Positions 1-13,314 of a stretch of 64,000 nt of DNA are shown in pieces. The first letter of the stretch is position 1; each line of letters opens with the position of its first letter. Both the position numbers and the translations under genes were made by a program. Origin of the DNA: Eledone cirrhosa (taxonomy: Eukaryota); contig OZ024743.1 in assembly GCA_964016885.1 (NCBI GenBank), forward strand, positions 172,856,001 to 172,920,000, in the 5' to 3' direction. Under the pieces are notes generated by a model. That model was not told the DNA's origin. It saw nothing but the letters and a program-made list of their open reading frames with translations, and searched no databases.

Positions 1-72
1 AGGTGGGGGATATATTCAGGAACGATTAATTTTGAATGAGATGACAAATTTATGATACGATAATTAAGTATC

Positions 73-529
73 TTTAGTGAGTTAGTCCCAGGGTTACTTA
101 CTCCAGTAAGTACCACCGAATCCCAACTACTAAATTTAATAGAAAGAAGATATAGGAGAATTTTCATACAATTTCTTTTTGTGAGAATTATCTCTCACTA
201 CATTAGAAGTAATAACTGAGGCATGAAGAGTTTCTCAAAACGAGTATCAAAATAACTTGCATTTATTGTAGACCGTGTATTACAAATTGTTATTACAAAT
301 GTGGTACGTTGTGGCATGACGAGGTATAATCTTGAATTATAAGATGTGGTTGGAAAAGGTTTAACATGCTTGCACTCGATGTGATCAGTTTAAGAGTTGA
401 TCGGCAAAAGAGAGAAAGAATGCTTTTTGCTCCCTCTTTTATAATCCTTGGAATGGAAGTCTTAAGGAATGTTCTAGAATTTCAACGAGAAGTAACTCTA
501 TCTACTTCGCTTGTCTAGAGAGCGCTACA
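73..529 (-). repeat. 3' LTR of Gypsy 1
   Basis: Direct repeat of 5089-5527. Minus-strand termini TGTAG...CTAAA. Adjacent purine tract GAGAGGGGAG. Confidence 0.95.
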
Positions 530-968
530 AGACTCCCCTCTCAGACGAGAAGTCGAATAACCAACCGAAGTTCATTGTAGCGAGAGCCCGTAAGAAATGA
601 GGAGCAAAGCAAAAGGTACAAGAAGGTGCATGAATAAAACATGAGCTCACAACTGAAGCAAATAGCAAAAAAGCACAAAACAAATAAATGCATTTTACAA
701 AGAAAAAATGTGAATGTAACAAACTGATAATTCAAAGTTAATATAAAGGAGCAGAGAAAAATTAATGCTTGATGGTAAGTTCAAAGTTTCTTCAAAATCA
801 AATAGTTCGTACATCACTAGTGTACAGACTTTTCTGACACTAGTTCTATCTGAAACTGAAAAAGAAGTTTGTTAATGCCACTAGGGGTTAAATGTATATA
901 GTTTTTGAGAGTTTACGTGGCCATTTTACTGTCCTGCCACCTCGTGTGACATAAGGTTGTATGGTATG

Positions 969-3962
969 TTATGTTTGCGGTGGAGGTGAAGGTGTTGGTG
1001 TGGGAGTGTATGTACGAGGTATGTCAGGCATTGTAATGAGACTTTCAGAGAAAGCCTTCTTTGCTCTGTCAATGGATATTGTCTCTTTTCGACCATTGAC
1101 AGCCACTGTGAAATGTTTTGCTGTGTGCAAAAGCACATGAAAAGGTCCATTGCAGGGTGACGTAAGCGGTCCCTTGACGGAATCATTCCGTATAAAAATA
1201 TGTGTCCACGTAGAGATGTCCGATGGAACAGCAGAAGAAATATACTGGTGGAAGATCCAAGAAATACGAACGAACCCTGGTGACATATGATGCTGGATCA
1301 AGATGCGATGAATCCACCGGTGCTAACATTTGACTAGGAAGAGTCAAAGTGGTACCATAAAGAAGTTCAGCAGAAGAGAAACCCAAATCTGTCTTAATGG
1401 CAGAACGACAACCAAGAAGCACGATTTGGCAAAAATTCGGTCCAGCATTGCGGATCAGGAGTAGTGCGAAGTGCAGCTTTCAACTGTCTGTGAAACCTCT
1501 CCACCGTTCCATTGGAGGCTGGGTGATAGTTGGTCGTATGAATATGATGAGCACCCAAGAGTAGTGATATTTCACGAAATAAGGAAGCTTCAAACTGTCG
1601 TCCGTGATCCGTGGTTATTTTAGTAGGAACACCAAAGCGAGCAATCCAATTGGAAATGAAAGCTCGGGCAACGGACTCGGCTGTTATGTCCACTAGGGGT
1701 ATGGCCTCAGGCCACCGAGAGAAACGATCGATACAGGTCAATATATATGTAAACCCACGACTAACGGTCCACGGACCAATAATATCCATATGAATATGAC
1801 GGAAACGTGTGTCTGGTGGGCTGAATTTGCCAAGAGGAGCGCGGACATGCCGATAAATCTTGGAGCACTGACACTTCAAACAAGAACGTGCCCAACCGCT
1901 GATTAAACAACGCATATTAGGCCAGAAAAATCGGGCCATGATGAGCTTCACCGTGGCAGCTATGCCGGGAATCAAGTGCACCAAAAACGGTACGTTGATG
2001 GCAATCTGGAACAAATGGTCTGGGTGAGCCAGTAGAAATATCGCAGAGAATTTTCCCTTCAGAAGATGGAAGAGGTAAATATTCCAATTTGCAGCAGGAG
2101 AACTGGTCAGAGGAAATGTCCAGCGAATCCAAAGTAGGTTGGTCAGTTGCCATGGCAACCAAATCGATATGTGCAGGAGACGCAAGAGAACACACAGAAA
2201 GTTGAGATAGTGCGTCCGCGGGTATGTTGGCAGTTCCGGCTATATGATGAATGTCGCCGGTATACTGGGAGATTAGATCCAAATGCCTATATGCTCTCGG
2301 AGAGCACCTGTCGGACTTGGATTGGAGAACGAATGTTAGCGGTTTATAGTCCGTGAATATCGTGAACTCCCGCCCTTCCAAATAATGGTGGAAGTGCTTC
2401 ACGGCAAGATAAATTGCCAAAATTTCTCTGTCAAAGGTGCTGTATCTCTGTCCCGCTGGTTTAAGTTAGTGTGAGAAAAATGCCAGTTGTTGAACCTGGT
2501 GGTCGATCGTATGTTGCAAAACTGCTCCAACAGCATCAACAGTTAAAGAAAGCCTCGCGTTTGCAACAGGAAGGGCGAGGAAAGAAACTTCAGCTATCTC
2601 GGACTTGACAGACTCAAAAGACTGCAATGCATCGGCAGAAAGTGAAATAGGAGCATCTTTCTTTTTCGCAGCCTTTAAAAACTGTGTCAAGGGAAACAAC
2701 TTGTCCTCACAGTTAGGAATAAAGCGCCGATAAAAGTTAACTAATCCCAAGAAATGACATAATTGTTTCAGGGAGGTGGTGTGTGTGTGTGCGATACGCT
2801 GAATCGCTTCCACCTTAGATGGCAATGGTCGAATGCCTTCCGAATCTATAAGATGTCCAAGGAATTCCAGTGAAGCTGTACCAAACACACATTTAGCTGG
2901 GTTGATTCTGACTTGGTATGATCGAAGACATTGAAATAACTGGAATAGATGTTGATGATGGTGTTCAGCTGAGTCACTGGCTATCAGGAGATCATCCACG
3001 TAAGCAAACACGAAATCCAATCCACGTGTGACTTCATCGATAAAACGCTGGAACGTGTTAGAGGCATTCCGCAAACCAAAAGGCGTGGACAGAAATTTAA
3101 ACGAACCACAGCTGTTTTTGGTATGTCTTCTGGATGCATGGGTATTTGATGGTAAGCCCGTACCAGATCTATTTTAGAAAATATCTTGAATCCATGCAGA
3201 ACGGATGAAAAATCCTGTAAATTTGGTAAAGGATAACGATCAGGTGTAGTGATGGCATTAAGTCATCGATAATCTCCCACCGGCCTAAAATCCGCTTCCC
3301 CCTTTCGAGCCAAATGAAGCGGAGATGCTCATGGGCTGGTGGAAGGTCGAATAAGACCGAGCTGAAGCATGTGTTCAAATTCATCTCTGGCTTTCTTTAG
3401 CTTGTCCAGAGCCAACCTCCGTGGACGAGAGAAAACAGGCGGAGCAGTTGTTGTAATAAAGTGTCGAGTCGAGTGGACTATCTGATTCAGTTTAAATGAG
3501 ATGTCAGTTAACTCGGGAAACGAGGCAAGAAGGGAATGAAACTGGTTTCCAGAGGCAGCTATAAAAAATGAGGAACTTACGAGCAGGCGTAGATAAAGAT
3601 GTGGTACCATCCACAAGTTTCTGTCTCCTGACATCTACCAACAGTGAATAATGGTGAAAAAAATCAGCACCGAGAATAGGATGAGGTAGGTCCGCAATGA
3701 CGAAAATCCATTTGAAATCCCGACGCAAAGTTAAATCCAATGAGAAAGATATTTGAGCATATGTTTTTATAGGAGACTGGTTTACTGCATACAAAGAAAT
3801 GCCGGAAAAATTTGGCTTGGTAGAGCTGAACCGAAGAGGCCAAATACTGCAACTAGATCCGGTGTCCACCATAAATGATCTGTTTGAGACTCGGTCCCTG
3901 ATAAAGAAAGCACGACAAGGTGAATTAATGAGGGAGAGGTCTGCCATGCCCAGACTCTCCAA
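969..3962 (-). pseudogene. Gypsy 1 pol (protease, RT, RNase H, integrase), broken into several frames
   Basis: ORF pieces 3504-3962 (PR), 2466-3074 (RT), 1917-2420 (RNH), 1394-2185 and 969-1422 (IN). Confidence 0.93.
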
Positions 3963-4716
3963 TTTCAGTTTTCCGAAGTCTCGAAAGAGCAGGGCTGAAT
4001 ACAGTGTTTTGCCTTTTCATGAAAACGAACGTGATACCAACACAAAGACGAGTTGTTGGCGCAATGATGACAAGAAGGAGACCGATTCCGTGAACGCCAC
4101 CTGGATGGCGTTCGCTCCCGACACAGGGTTTAGCTACTTGACGAGTTAACACGTCAATGGCTCTCAACATTGAGTCCTCACAAGGTGAAGTAGGCTGGGT
4201 TTTAAAAGCAGAAGAAGCGATGAATGCATCTGCCGAAGTAGGCACACGAGAAAATTCCATAATGTGGTCCGCCGAAGCTGCAATTTGTTCCAGAGAACTG
4301 GTGTCGACCATATTTGCCAATATGGTCTGCACATTTGTTGGCAAATGGGAGAATTGTTTCACGAAAGAGTTGTCTTCTGCTGTTGAGTCGCTTAGTTGCC
4401 GGATGCGCCGTAAAAACTGAGACGGGGTTCTGTCGCCCAGGTTTTCCTCCTTCAACAAGGAACAAAATCTGCTCTCAGATGAACGGCTGTTCCGTCTGAG
4501 AACTTCTGCCTTTAGGGTTTCGTCAGATGTGCCTTGTGGAGGATCTGTGATTATGTCTTTAACTGAGGTTGCCAGCGAAGCAGGAATTCCACTTATGAAC
4601 ACGTGTAATCTTTGTTGTGCCGCTTGAACGCCGTGGGCAGCAAAATACGAATCCAGTTGTGCAAACCACAACTTTGCATCATATGTCGGTAACGAAGAAT
4701 TGCTCATGGTGAACAC
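3925..4716 (-). CDS. Gypsy 1 gag, with a frameshift near the C-terminal Cys/His knuckle
   Basis: LWFAQLDSYF and LGDRTPSQFLRRIR are typical gag motifs of this Gypsy group. CWYH...C..PC lies in a shifted frame. Confidence 0.88.
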   Translation of the reverse strand: MFTMSNSSLPTYDAKLWFAQLDSYFAAHGVQAAQQRLHVFISGIPASLATSVKDIITDPPQGTSDETLKAEVLRRNSRSSESRFCSLLKEENLGDRTPSQFLRRIRQLSDSTAEDNSFVKQFSHLPTNVQTILANMVDTSSLEQIAASADHIMEFSRVPTSADAFIASSAFKTQPTSPCEDSMLRAIDVLTRQVAKPCVGSERHPGGVHGIGLLLVIIAPTTRLCVGITFVFMKRQNTVFSPALSRLRKTEIGESGHGRPLPH

Positions 4717-5065
4717 AGTAGACGCTGAGCGAAATTTTTTTTCTCAACTACCGCACACGTGGTAGTAGCATGAATAGCTGAAGTAAAAATATAGCACCGA
4801 GCACGTAAGATGGCGACTTCAAAAAACGAAAGCTTGGTTGAGCCGAAGACACGAGGGACATTTTTTTTTTTCTATTTTGTTCGCCCCACACGAACTGACT
4901 GAAATAAAACAAACTTCCTAGAGTCGAGAACAATTCTTTTCTGTGTCGTTGTTGGGTTCCATTTTAGTGGAGTTGTTTAGCAATGATTTGTGTAGCAATA
5001 AATTGTAATAGTGTATGAAAATATGTCACTACTTTTAGGCGATGTTGAATAAATGAATTTGTTTT

Positions 5066-5086
5066 GCTGCGTGTTCGGGGTCACCA
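5066..5086 (-). promoter_or_regulatory. Primer binding site (tRNA-Trp) of Gypsy 1
   Basis: TGGTGACCCCGA lies 2 nt from the LTR and matches the recalled tRNA-Trp PBS TGGTGACCCCGACGTGAT over 12 nt. Confidence 0.88.
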
Positions 5087-5088
5087 TT

Positions 5089-5527
5089 TTTAGTGAGTTA
5101 GTCCCAGGGTTACTTACTCCAGTAAGTACCACCGGATCCCAACTACTAAATTTAATAGAAAGAAGATATAGGAGAATTTTCATACAATTTCGTTTTGTGA
5201 GAATTATCTCTCACTACATTAGAAGTAATAACTGAAGCCGTGTATTAATTGTAGTCCGTGTAATAATTGTAGTCCGTGTATTACAAATGTGGTAAGCAAA
5301 TGTACCTCGTGGCATAACAAGGTATAATCCTGAATTATAAGATGTGGTTGGAAAAGGTTTAACATGCTTGCGCTCGATGTGATCAGTTTAAGAGTTGACC
5401 TACAAAAGAAAGAAAGAACGCTTTTTGCTCCCTCTTTTATAATCCCTGGAATGGAAGTCTTAAGGAATGTTCTAGAATTTCAACGGGAAGTAACTCTAGC
5501 TATTTCCCTTGTCTAGAGAGCGCTACA
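5089..5527 (-). repeat. 5' LTR of Gypsy 1
   Basis: Direct repeat of 73-529, adjacent to the PBS. Confidence 0.95.
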
Positions 5528-5794
5528 TATCCATCTGCCATATTACTCTTCACTATCAGCACTGATCAAGGCCATGCCAGCACCGCCATCACTACTACAA
5601 TCTACTCATGCTAGCCACATCACTTTCACTACCATCAACACAACCATAGAAAAATGAAAGGTTTATTTATTTCACATAACTAAGCATGGCATTTTGGGCA
5701 AGTGTATTTTTTTCTCTAACCTCAGTTTACCAATGCTTTGAGAGTGGAGTTTGGTAGACAGAAACTTCGAAAGCATTATATATATATATATCAT

Positions 5795-8625
5795 CATCAC
5801 TGTTTTACATCCAATTTTCCACACTAGCATGGGTTAGACGAGTCATCCTGTTGTGGGTAATGCCAGGTCAGGTGACCATGTCTTGCTGTAGAAGTCAAGC
5901 CAAAACCATGTCTTGGTTTTGGCTTGACTTCTACAGTTGGATGCCCTTCCTAACACCAACCTTATTTAGTGAGTACTGGGTGCTTTTTGTCATGACCACT
6001 TTACAATGGGAGGGTGTGGGGGCATACTGTCTATATGCTTTAGCTTCGGCTTGTACCTGTGGGAAGTTGGGTTTTCTGTATTACTGTGTAACGCCAGAGG
6101 TCATGGTCCTGTGTCATCACCTTTGAGAGGTGCAATTGGGCAAGATTGGCTTTTTTCACCTCATCCCAAGTCTTCTTGGGTCTCCCCAGTCCAAGGCTTC
6201 CATCGCCTTTTAGCGCTCTGCACCTTTTTATGCAGCTGTCATCCTTCATACGCATCACATGTCCATACCAATGTAATCTCCTCTCCTGCACACAGCATTT
6301 GATTCCTCTTATGCCTAGTCTCTCCACAATTTGTTTATGCTTTGCTGTTCTCGTATATTACTATTACACATGCAAGCTTCGTTTCTTTCCAATCTACGCA
6401 CAACGCCCAGGTTTCACTACCATGTAACATTGCTGTTCATATGCACACATCATACAGTCTGCCTTTCATTTTGAGGGAAAAGCCTTTTGAGGCTAGCAGC
6501 TCCCTTTCATCCTGTTCTTACACTAGCTACTATACTTTCAGAACACTCACCTCTACTGCTAATTTGGTTACCTAGGTAGCAGAAGCTGTTGACTGTTTCT
6601 ACTGAGCCCTGCCAGAATTTGGTAGTTCTTGTTTCCTGTGGTTGTTTGTTGCTTACTATCCTGATGCAATTGCTACATGTAAAGTCTAGTCTTAACTAAA
6701 CTTCCTGAGATCCTACTGCATTTGGGGCAGGGGATGGAATTTCTACCTACACCTTTCCTACATACCGAGCAAAGCCATTCCCTGAGGGGATCTGGGTTCT
6801 GTTTCCTCTTCTACTTACGAGGATCTTAGTCTGTCAGGTTGACTGTGAGACCCTTTCTAGGCCCTACTACCATGTTTGGAATTTCTTCTCTAGTTCCACC
6901 ATAGATTCAGCTATAAGTGTAACATCATACAGAAGTTCCCATGGCTGCTGGTCAAAACTCCTGTTATAGTCTGCAATACAATAATTAACAGGAGAGGGCT
7001 AAGAACAGAGCCCTGGTGGACACCAACCTGTATGCTAAATTCCTCGCTATAGTCATTGTTAATCCTAACTTTGCTGACTGCTCCCCTATACATGGCTTGT
7101 ACAGCTTACATAAGCCATTCATCTACTCCTAGTTTTCTAAGAGCCCACCAGATTATAGCACAGGGCACTGTCAAAGTATTTTTCCAGATCAACAAATGCC
7201 AGGTAGAGCGGCTTACTTTTAGCTTGGTTCTTTACCTGTAACTGCCTCACAAGGAGGAGAGTATCCGTGGTGCTTTTGGCTGGCACAAACCCAAACTGCA
7301 CTCATAAATTTACCCGGTCCCCAATCAACTGTGCTATAACACTTTGTTACTCTGGTACATCAGCTTTATACCTCTATAGTTTCCTCTATCTAGTCCATCT
7401 CCTTTACCATTGTAGCAATAGACAATGATGCTGCTCCACCAATCATTTGGTATGACGCCATCTAGTATTACTTGGTTATGGTGTGACCTACCGACCCAGA
7501 TGCTTTCAGCATCACGGCAGCTATACCCAATGGACCGGTTGCCTTCATATCTTTAATTGCCGTACTTACTACACTGATGCTGACTTGTATTGTTGGGCCC
7601 TCTATGGGATCCACTTGGGGTAGGGTCTCTTTCTCCCATGCATTTTCATTCAGTAATGTTTCATAACGGCTCTTCCACGCAGCTTTCTTCTCAGTACTTG
7701 AGGCTAAGTACACCTTTATCATACTGAACACATTTCTCTCCAATGACATCACAATTTTCTCTAACACACTGCCTCGCAATCCTGAACACCACCTGTATCT
7801 GGTCCTCATGCTGCAAAACATGCTTGAATATTTTATCCTTTGCTTCCCTTCTAGCTAAGTATACTTGTCGCCTAGCTTCCTCCGTTCTTCCATTGTTTCT
7901 ATGCCTGTCTCTTAGACTTAATTGCCTCATCTACCTTATTGTTCCACCACCATGTCACTCTCTTTCTCCCCGTGGTCTTGCTCCAACCACAAATCTCGTC
8001 TGTTGCCTTTAGTAAGTTATTTTTGTGGAACTCCCAGTGCTCTTCTATATTGAATGTCTCTATCTGTTCTTCTTTACTGTCATAGGCATCAAGATATCTT
8101 TAAATCTGTTACTGGCTGGTGGGGTCTTTCAGCTTCCAGATCTTTCTTCTCCAAATTGCCTTCTGTTTCCAAGTTCCTCTAGTTTTGGCAATAAGGTAGC
8201 TGACAACTAAGTTACGTTGTAATGTACATTCCTCACCAGGGAAGGCCTTTGTGTTTACAACCATCTATCTCATCCTCTGATAAGGATAAAATCTATCTGA
8301 CTAGAATGCCCCCTGGATCTATAGGTGATCAGGTGGTTGTCGGGTTTTTGAAGTTTGTGTTCATATCAACATGTCATTGGTGTTGCAGAATTCTAGAAGC
8401 CTGTAACCTTCTTCATTTCTTGTGCCAAACCTGTAGCCTCCATGGATTCTGTGGAAGCCATCACAGTGCTTCCCAATGTGTCCATTAAAGTCTCCTGGAA
8501 TGATTAGGAAGTCTTTTTCGTTTGTTAGGGCAGTAGTGTCCATCAGGGACTCGTAAAACCTATCCCTAAGTTCATCTGGCAACCCAGATTGGGGTGCGTA
8601 AGTGGATATAATTGTAGCTATTGTT
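5795..8625 (-). mobile_element. RTE-clade LINE, 5'-truncated and degenerate
   Basis: APE (YAPQ, GDFNGHIG), RT (GVHQGSVLSPLL) and C-terminal RLHWYGHVMR fragments, plus a (GAT)n tail. Confidence 0.9.
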
Positions 8626-9141
8626 TTATTTATTATTGTAGCTAATTGTTAGATCGATACCTATCATGGCGTAAATCGTTGAAAATTCGGGGGAAATAAG
8701 CAGATACAAGTAGGCATATTCGACAAGGAGAATGTGTGAGAATTTCGAAGACATCCACCGAATTTGAATATGTAGAGAGTTGGAGAGAGAAAGAGAGGGA
8801 GAATATACCAACATGGTTTATTTCGAAAATAGACGTAATATACGTTGGGAAAATAAGCCAATAATGTATACAAAACATTTTCAAAGTGTGAACAGAAATA
8901 CCTGAAAGAAACAAAAAATCCTATGGATGGCTGGGATAGATTGAAAGCTTTACAGATTCATTGAGGGAAACCAAAAAAACCACCTTGATTCTTAGACAGC
9001 CACTGAATGAATGAGTGAAAGAGTAGAGGGAGCAAGATGGAGTGGTTTTGGGATCATTTCGAATAGAGAGAGAGAGAATATACCAACATGGTTTATTTCG
9101 AAAATAGACAAAAGATACTCGGGGAAAAATAAGCAAATAAT

Positions 9142-9329
9142 TGTTTCTACTTTTGGCACAAGGCCAACAATTACCCAATGCATTACTGGTACTTTATTCT
9201 ATCGACCCCGGAAGGATGAAAGGCAAAGTTAACCTCGGCGGGATTTGAACTCAGATCATACAGGGAGGTAACTCTATGCATCAAAGCATGGCATCCGATC
9301 CTCTACCGATACTGCCAATCCACCGCCTT
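9142..9329 (-). mobile_element. tRNA-derived SINE with long TSD
   Basis: A box TGGCAGTATCGG and B box GAGTTCAAATCC. TSD AAAAATAAGCAAATAAT on both sides. Same family as 44480-45270. Confidence 0.88.
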
Positions 9330-9388
9330 AAAAATAAGCAAATAATGTATACAAAACATTTTCAAAGTGTGAACAGAAATACCTGATA

Positions 9389-9684
9389 CAGTTGTCCCTC
9401 GGTATTGGCGGGGGTTACGTTCCTAGAGCACCCGCAAAGTGAAACACCGCAAATATTGGACGTGGTTCATAAAAATGCCTGTAAACTTCAAAATATAACG
9501 TAAAATATAATAAAAAAGATGGAGCATCCAATAAGCCGGCAAATATGGTATATTGTTGTTAATAATTTAACGATAAAAAATATATTGCCATGAAAAAAGC
9601 CATTAAAAAAATTGCAGGAGATATTTATTCACAAACAATTATTAGGTTTCTAAGGAAAATTCCGTGAATGCCGGGGCTATACTG
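9389..9684. mobile_element. pogo/Tigger-like MITE
   Basis: TA-CAG...CTG-TA ends with imperfect TIRs of about 23 bp and an AT-rich interior. Confidence 0.65.
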
Positions 9685-11319
9685 TATATATATATATAAA
9701 GAAAAGGAAGAGAGATGGTATATTTATATCACGTGTTTGTGTGTGCCTGTTTACCCCAGTCTCTTGGACTGAACCTAAGGAAGACATCAGTTAAAAAGTA
9801 CTATGATTAATATTATTGACTTGCCCTAACCCCCAAATTTACTGGCCTTCTGCCTTAATTAGAAAACATTATTTGACTCCACTGTTGATTTAAATTACCA
9901 AACAAATATTAAAGAAAGCACACTTTGAACATATGAAATACAATTTAATAGGATCATGTTCGATACAGCAATATTAATGGATGAAATGTTTACATGACCA
10001 AATGGTTAAGAGGCTTGTTTCACAATTATGAAGTGCCGGGTTCAAACTCCAGTGTACAATAATTTTAGGCAAATATGTTCAACCACATATCAGTCCTAAC
10101 CTTGAGAGCCAAATTGGACAGAAATTTGTGTGGTAGCCCATCAGATGGACTGTAATTGTAATTCTAAGGCCTTGAGATCTCGTATATTAATGAGGTATGC
10201 ATATAATTTCTTTATTTCTGACCTGTTTTTATTGTTATTTTCAATACTATGATTTGCTAACACCCTTTCAATTGTATATATTCAGAAGAAAAACAAAAAC
10301 ATTAAAAGGAATATTACAACTATATCCTTGAAAGAATTTGTTACAAATAACATTCACATACATATTTTTCATACCTTTAGCAAAGAAATAATTTCTTTTT
10401 TTATTACACAACTATGTATACTTAAGTTAGGTGGTGCATCAGCAGAGTCGTTAGAATGTTGTTATGGTTCTCTGTGTACTGTTCAAATCTTGCCATGGTC
10501 AACTTTGCTTCCATCCTTTTCACGTTGATAAATGAAGTACTGGGATCGATTCTCTCTCTCTCTCACATATACACAGAAATAAGCTGTGTTTCAACCACAA
10601 AAGTGATGGGTTTCACCAGGTTTAAACTGCTCATGACATCACTTTGACTGCATCATGGTATGGCATACTTAAGTTAGTGCTAACAAATTAATATAGACAA
10701 AATTTAAAAGTTATGTAATGAGGAAAAAAAAATCAAAGGAAATCACAGTATGTCATGTAAATATATCCTGGTTCTAATGGATAAAATGGTGAATGTGGTT
10801 CTTCATAGGATGGCAAGGAAGATGCACTGAAATAGTCAGGTCTTGCAAATAATCACACCCTATTTATGCAGTGTGGAAAAAAACCCCAATATTAGTCATT
10901 GGTTATAATTATAATTTCAGTGTATACTGAAAACAACTGTAGATATATTTCAATATAATTATGACTTCCTCAAACCTTACCCCTGTCGCTGTTCTCCAAC
11001 CAGAAGAACTTGTACCTAAGTTTCTTGCACACAATACACATCTATATGCCTCTTTATGATTTCTCCAGACCTACCTTTCATCGTGCCAATGTTGATTGTT
11101 GCAGTTCAAAAGTTTTGGACCCAATATGGAACCAAGTTGGTTGGTAGCTTGAACAGCAATTGCACCTGAAAAGAAGGGAGTCTTTGTGATCGCTTAGCAG
11201 CAGTTAGTGGGCTCTTACTCATGGGATGAGGATTTCTGTTTAAAGCTTATTGGTATACATCGACTCCCGTGGCAAATCCTCCTTCACACTGGTCCCTGAT
11301 ACATTCCAGCCTTCATTTC

Positions 11320-11640
11320 AAACTTGTCACTGTTCCTATCCTTCATTCTTACAAACTCTGCCAATGCCTGTTACTACTTCATGTGGAACCCTATCAAAGG
11401 CTTTCTCCACATCAACAAACCCGCAAAACAAATTCTTCTTGTTCCTGTACTTCTCTAAAAGCCTTTCAATAAAAATTGATCTGTTCTTCAGCTCAAATTC
11501 AAACTGTATTTCACTAATCTTCACATATTTCATTATCTACTTATTTAAAACTCTTTCTGATACCTTAATTCTATGTTCCAACAGCTTAAGTTCTCTACCA
11601 GTACCACAGTTAAGAGGATCACCTTTCCCCTTGTAGACAC
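11320..11640 (-). mobile_element. RTE LINE RT fragment
   Basis: FVDVEKAFDRVP motif. Confidence 0.8.
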
Positions 11641-12440
11641 ATATATATACACAAACACACTCACATTTTTTGTGTTATAAAATGTTGACCAACTGGGATT
11701 GCGTTTGCAACACTCCAAGTGGATGAACTCTTGTTACAGCAACATTGAATACAAGTCCGTCTCCTTATTAATAGTCTGTATTGCATTAAAAATATATTAT
11801 ATAACTATATTACCTAAGATGCTGTCTGATAGAGTTGTGTTGGTAATTGATGATGACAACATTATGTAATTATTAATGCCACAGAAATATGTATTACAGC
11901 AAATTACAGAATAAAATGAATTATGAATACCTAGCCATTGCATTTTAATTATATATATATATGCCAGGGTGGAACACATGTAAAACAGAGATGATAATGT
12001 GAGTATGTGCCTGTGTTTACATCAACAGCCAGTGCTATTTGTTTATGTCCTAAAAGAGGAAAAGATTAAAAGACTATAACAAAATTAATGTATCTGTATA
12101 TTTTGAGAGGGTCATGGTGCTAATAAAAACACATGCCAAGGTGGAGTAACTAGTACAAAGGGACCAAATAGTCACTGACAGAAAGTCACAAAATATGTGC
12201 TGAAATAGCTTTGACAATTAAACAACTATCTGGCTGCTAAACCAACTGATGACTGGATTGGTTACCTAACTAATAAAAATCGAAGTGAAATTCAACTGGT
12301 ACATGTGTTTTTATTGGCAGCACGACCCTCCTAAAGTATAACAATATCTATTTCAACATATGATTTCACATGAAGAATCTTGTGAAACAAATACAAAAAC
12401 GAAAATTGTAGCTTAAAATAAGAAGAAAAGTTTATTAATT

Positions 12441-12511
12441 TTATTTCACAATTATAACAATTAGTCCACAGGATTGGATGTTGCTTTTGTTTCTCAGACT
12501 GTAGATTTCAT
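12441..12511 (-). CDS. CENPC: CENP-C-like coding exon 19 (last; cupin end and stop)
   Basis: Acceptor tttgacag, phase 1. Encodes (N)EIYSLRNKSNIQSCGLIVIIVK*. AATAAA overlaps and follows the stop. Confidence 0.88.
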
Positions 12512-13223
12512 CTGTCAAAAGTATATAAAAATATATATATATATATGTGCACGCATGCAGAGAGAGAGAGAGAGAGAGGGGGGGGGGGGAGAATTAGATT
12601 GGGAAATATATAGCTTTGATTATTTTTAATTGTAAAGACTATACCACATTACAGACTAGTGATTAATGACTTCCAAATCACAGCTGGGCAAATACAGAAA
12701 CATGTGAGAAGGAGGATTTGAAAGCTAAGAGATCTCTATCACACATAGAAGTTCTAGATGATGCACATGGCAGAAGGAAGACACAGAAAGAGACATATAA
12801 CAGAGGACAGCTGGGAGTTTCTTTAGGACAACTTGCTGACAACTGTGTTTACATCTGTGTGTGGTGCAAGATACCAAGTGACATGATAATGGAATAGTGC
12901 TGTAGATAAAACTAAGCTAAGAGAAAGGCTTGAAAATACTTGAAAACAGTGTGTAGTAGAGACCAATATCATGTAACTAGACATCAAGTACACTTAGCTA
13001 GTGGAGAAGCTGAAAGTAGTAAGGGGTTTGCATATATTCTACAAGAAGAGAATAAGAGAAGTGAGATGTTGTGGATTTCAAGGCAGTATCCTAGACAGAA
13101 TTGTTAGGGTGTATGAAACAATAATGGCACAAAGCTCTTACCAACATTAAAATGAAAAAAATCCCATGCACCCTAAAAATCCTTAAAAAACTCCCAAACA
13201 AAACAAAATAATGATGTACATAC

Positions 13224-13314
13224 TTGCAGGAATCATGAAACTGTCCCCTGATGACAGTACCATAGTCTTGCAACCAATTCTTACTTTGACTTCACCATAT
13301 TGCACAAGGAACAT
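13224..13314 (-). CDS. CENPC: CENP-C-like exon 18 (cupin)
   Basis: ttctag/gtatgt splice sites, 91 nt, phase 0 to 1. Encodes MFLVQYGEVKVRIGCKTMVLSSGDSFMIPA. Confidence 0.9.

Larger units (their letters stand above)
73..5527 (-). mobile_element. Ty3/Gypsy LTR retrotransposon 1, full length, frameshifted
   Basis: Direct LTRs at 73-529 and 5089-5527. TSD TATC at 69-72 and 5528-5531. PBS TGGTGACCCCGA and a PPT at about 530-545. Internal order is gag-PR(VDTGS)-RT(YVDD)-RNaseH(TDYKPL)-IN(HMDIIGP, YHPASNG). Confidence 0.96.

Noticed and set aside
9230-9329. tRNA gene-like A/B boxes
   Set aside because: SINE heads without a cloverleaf, repeated many times in the window.
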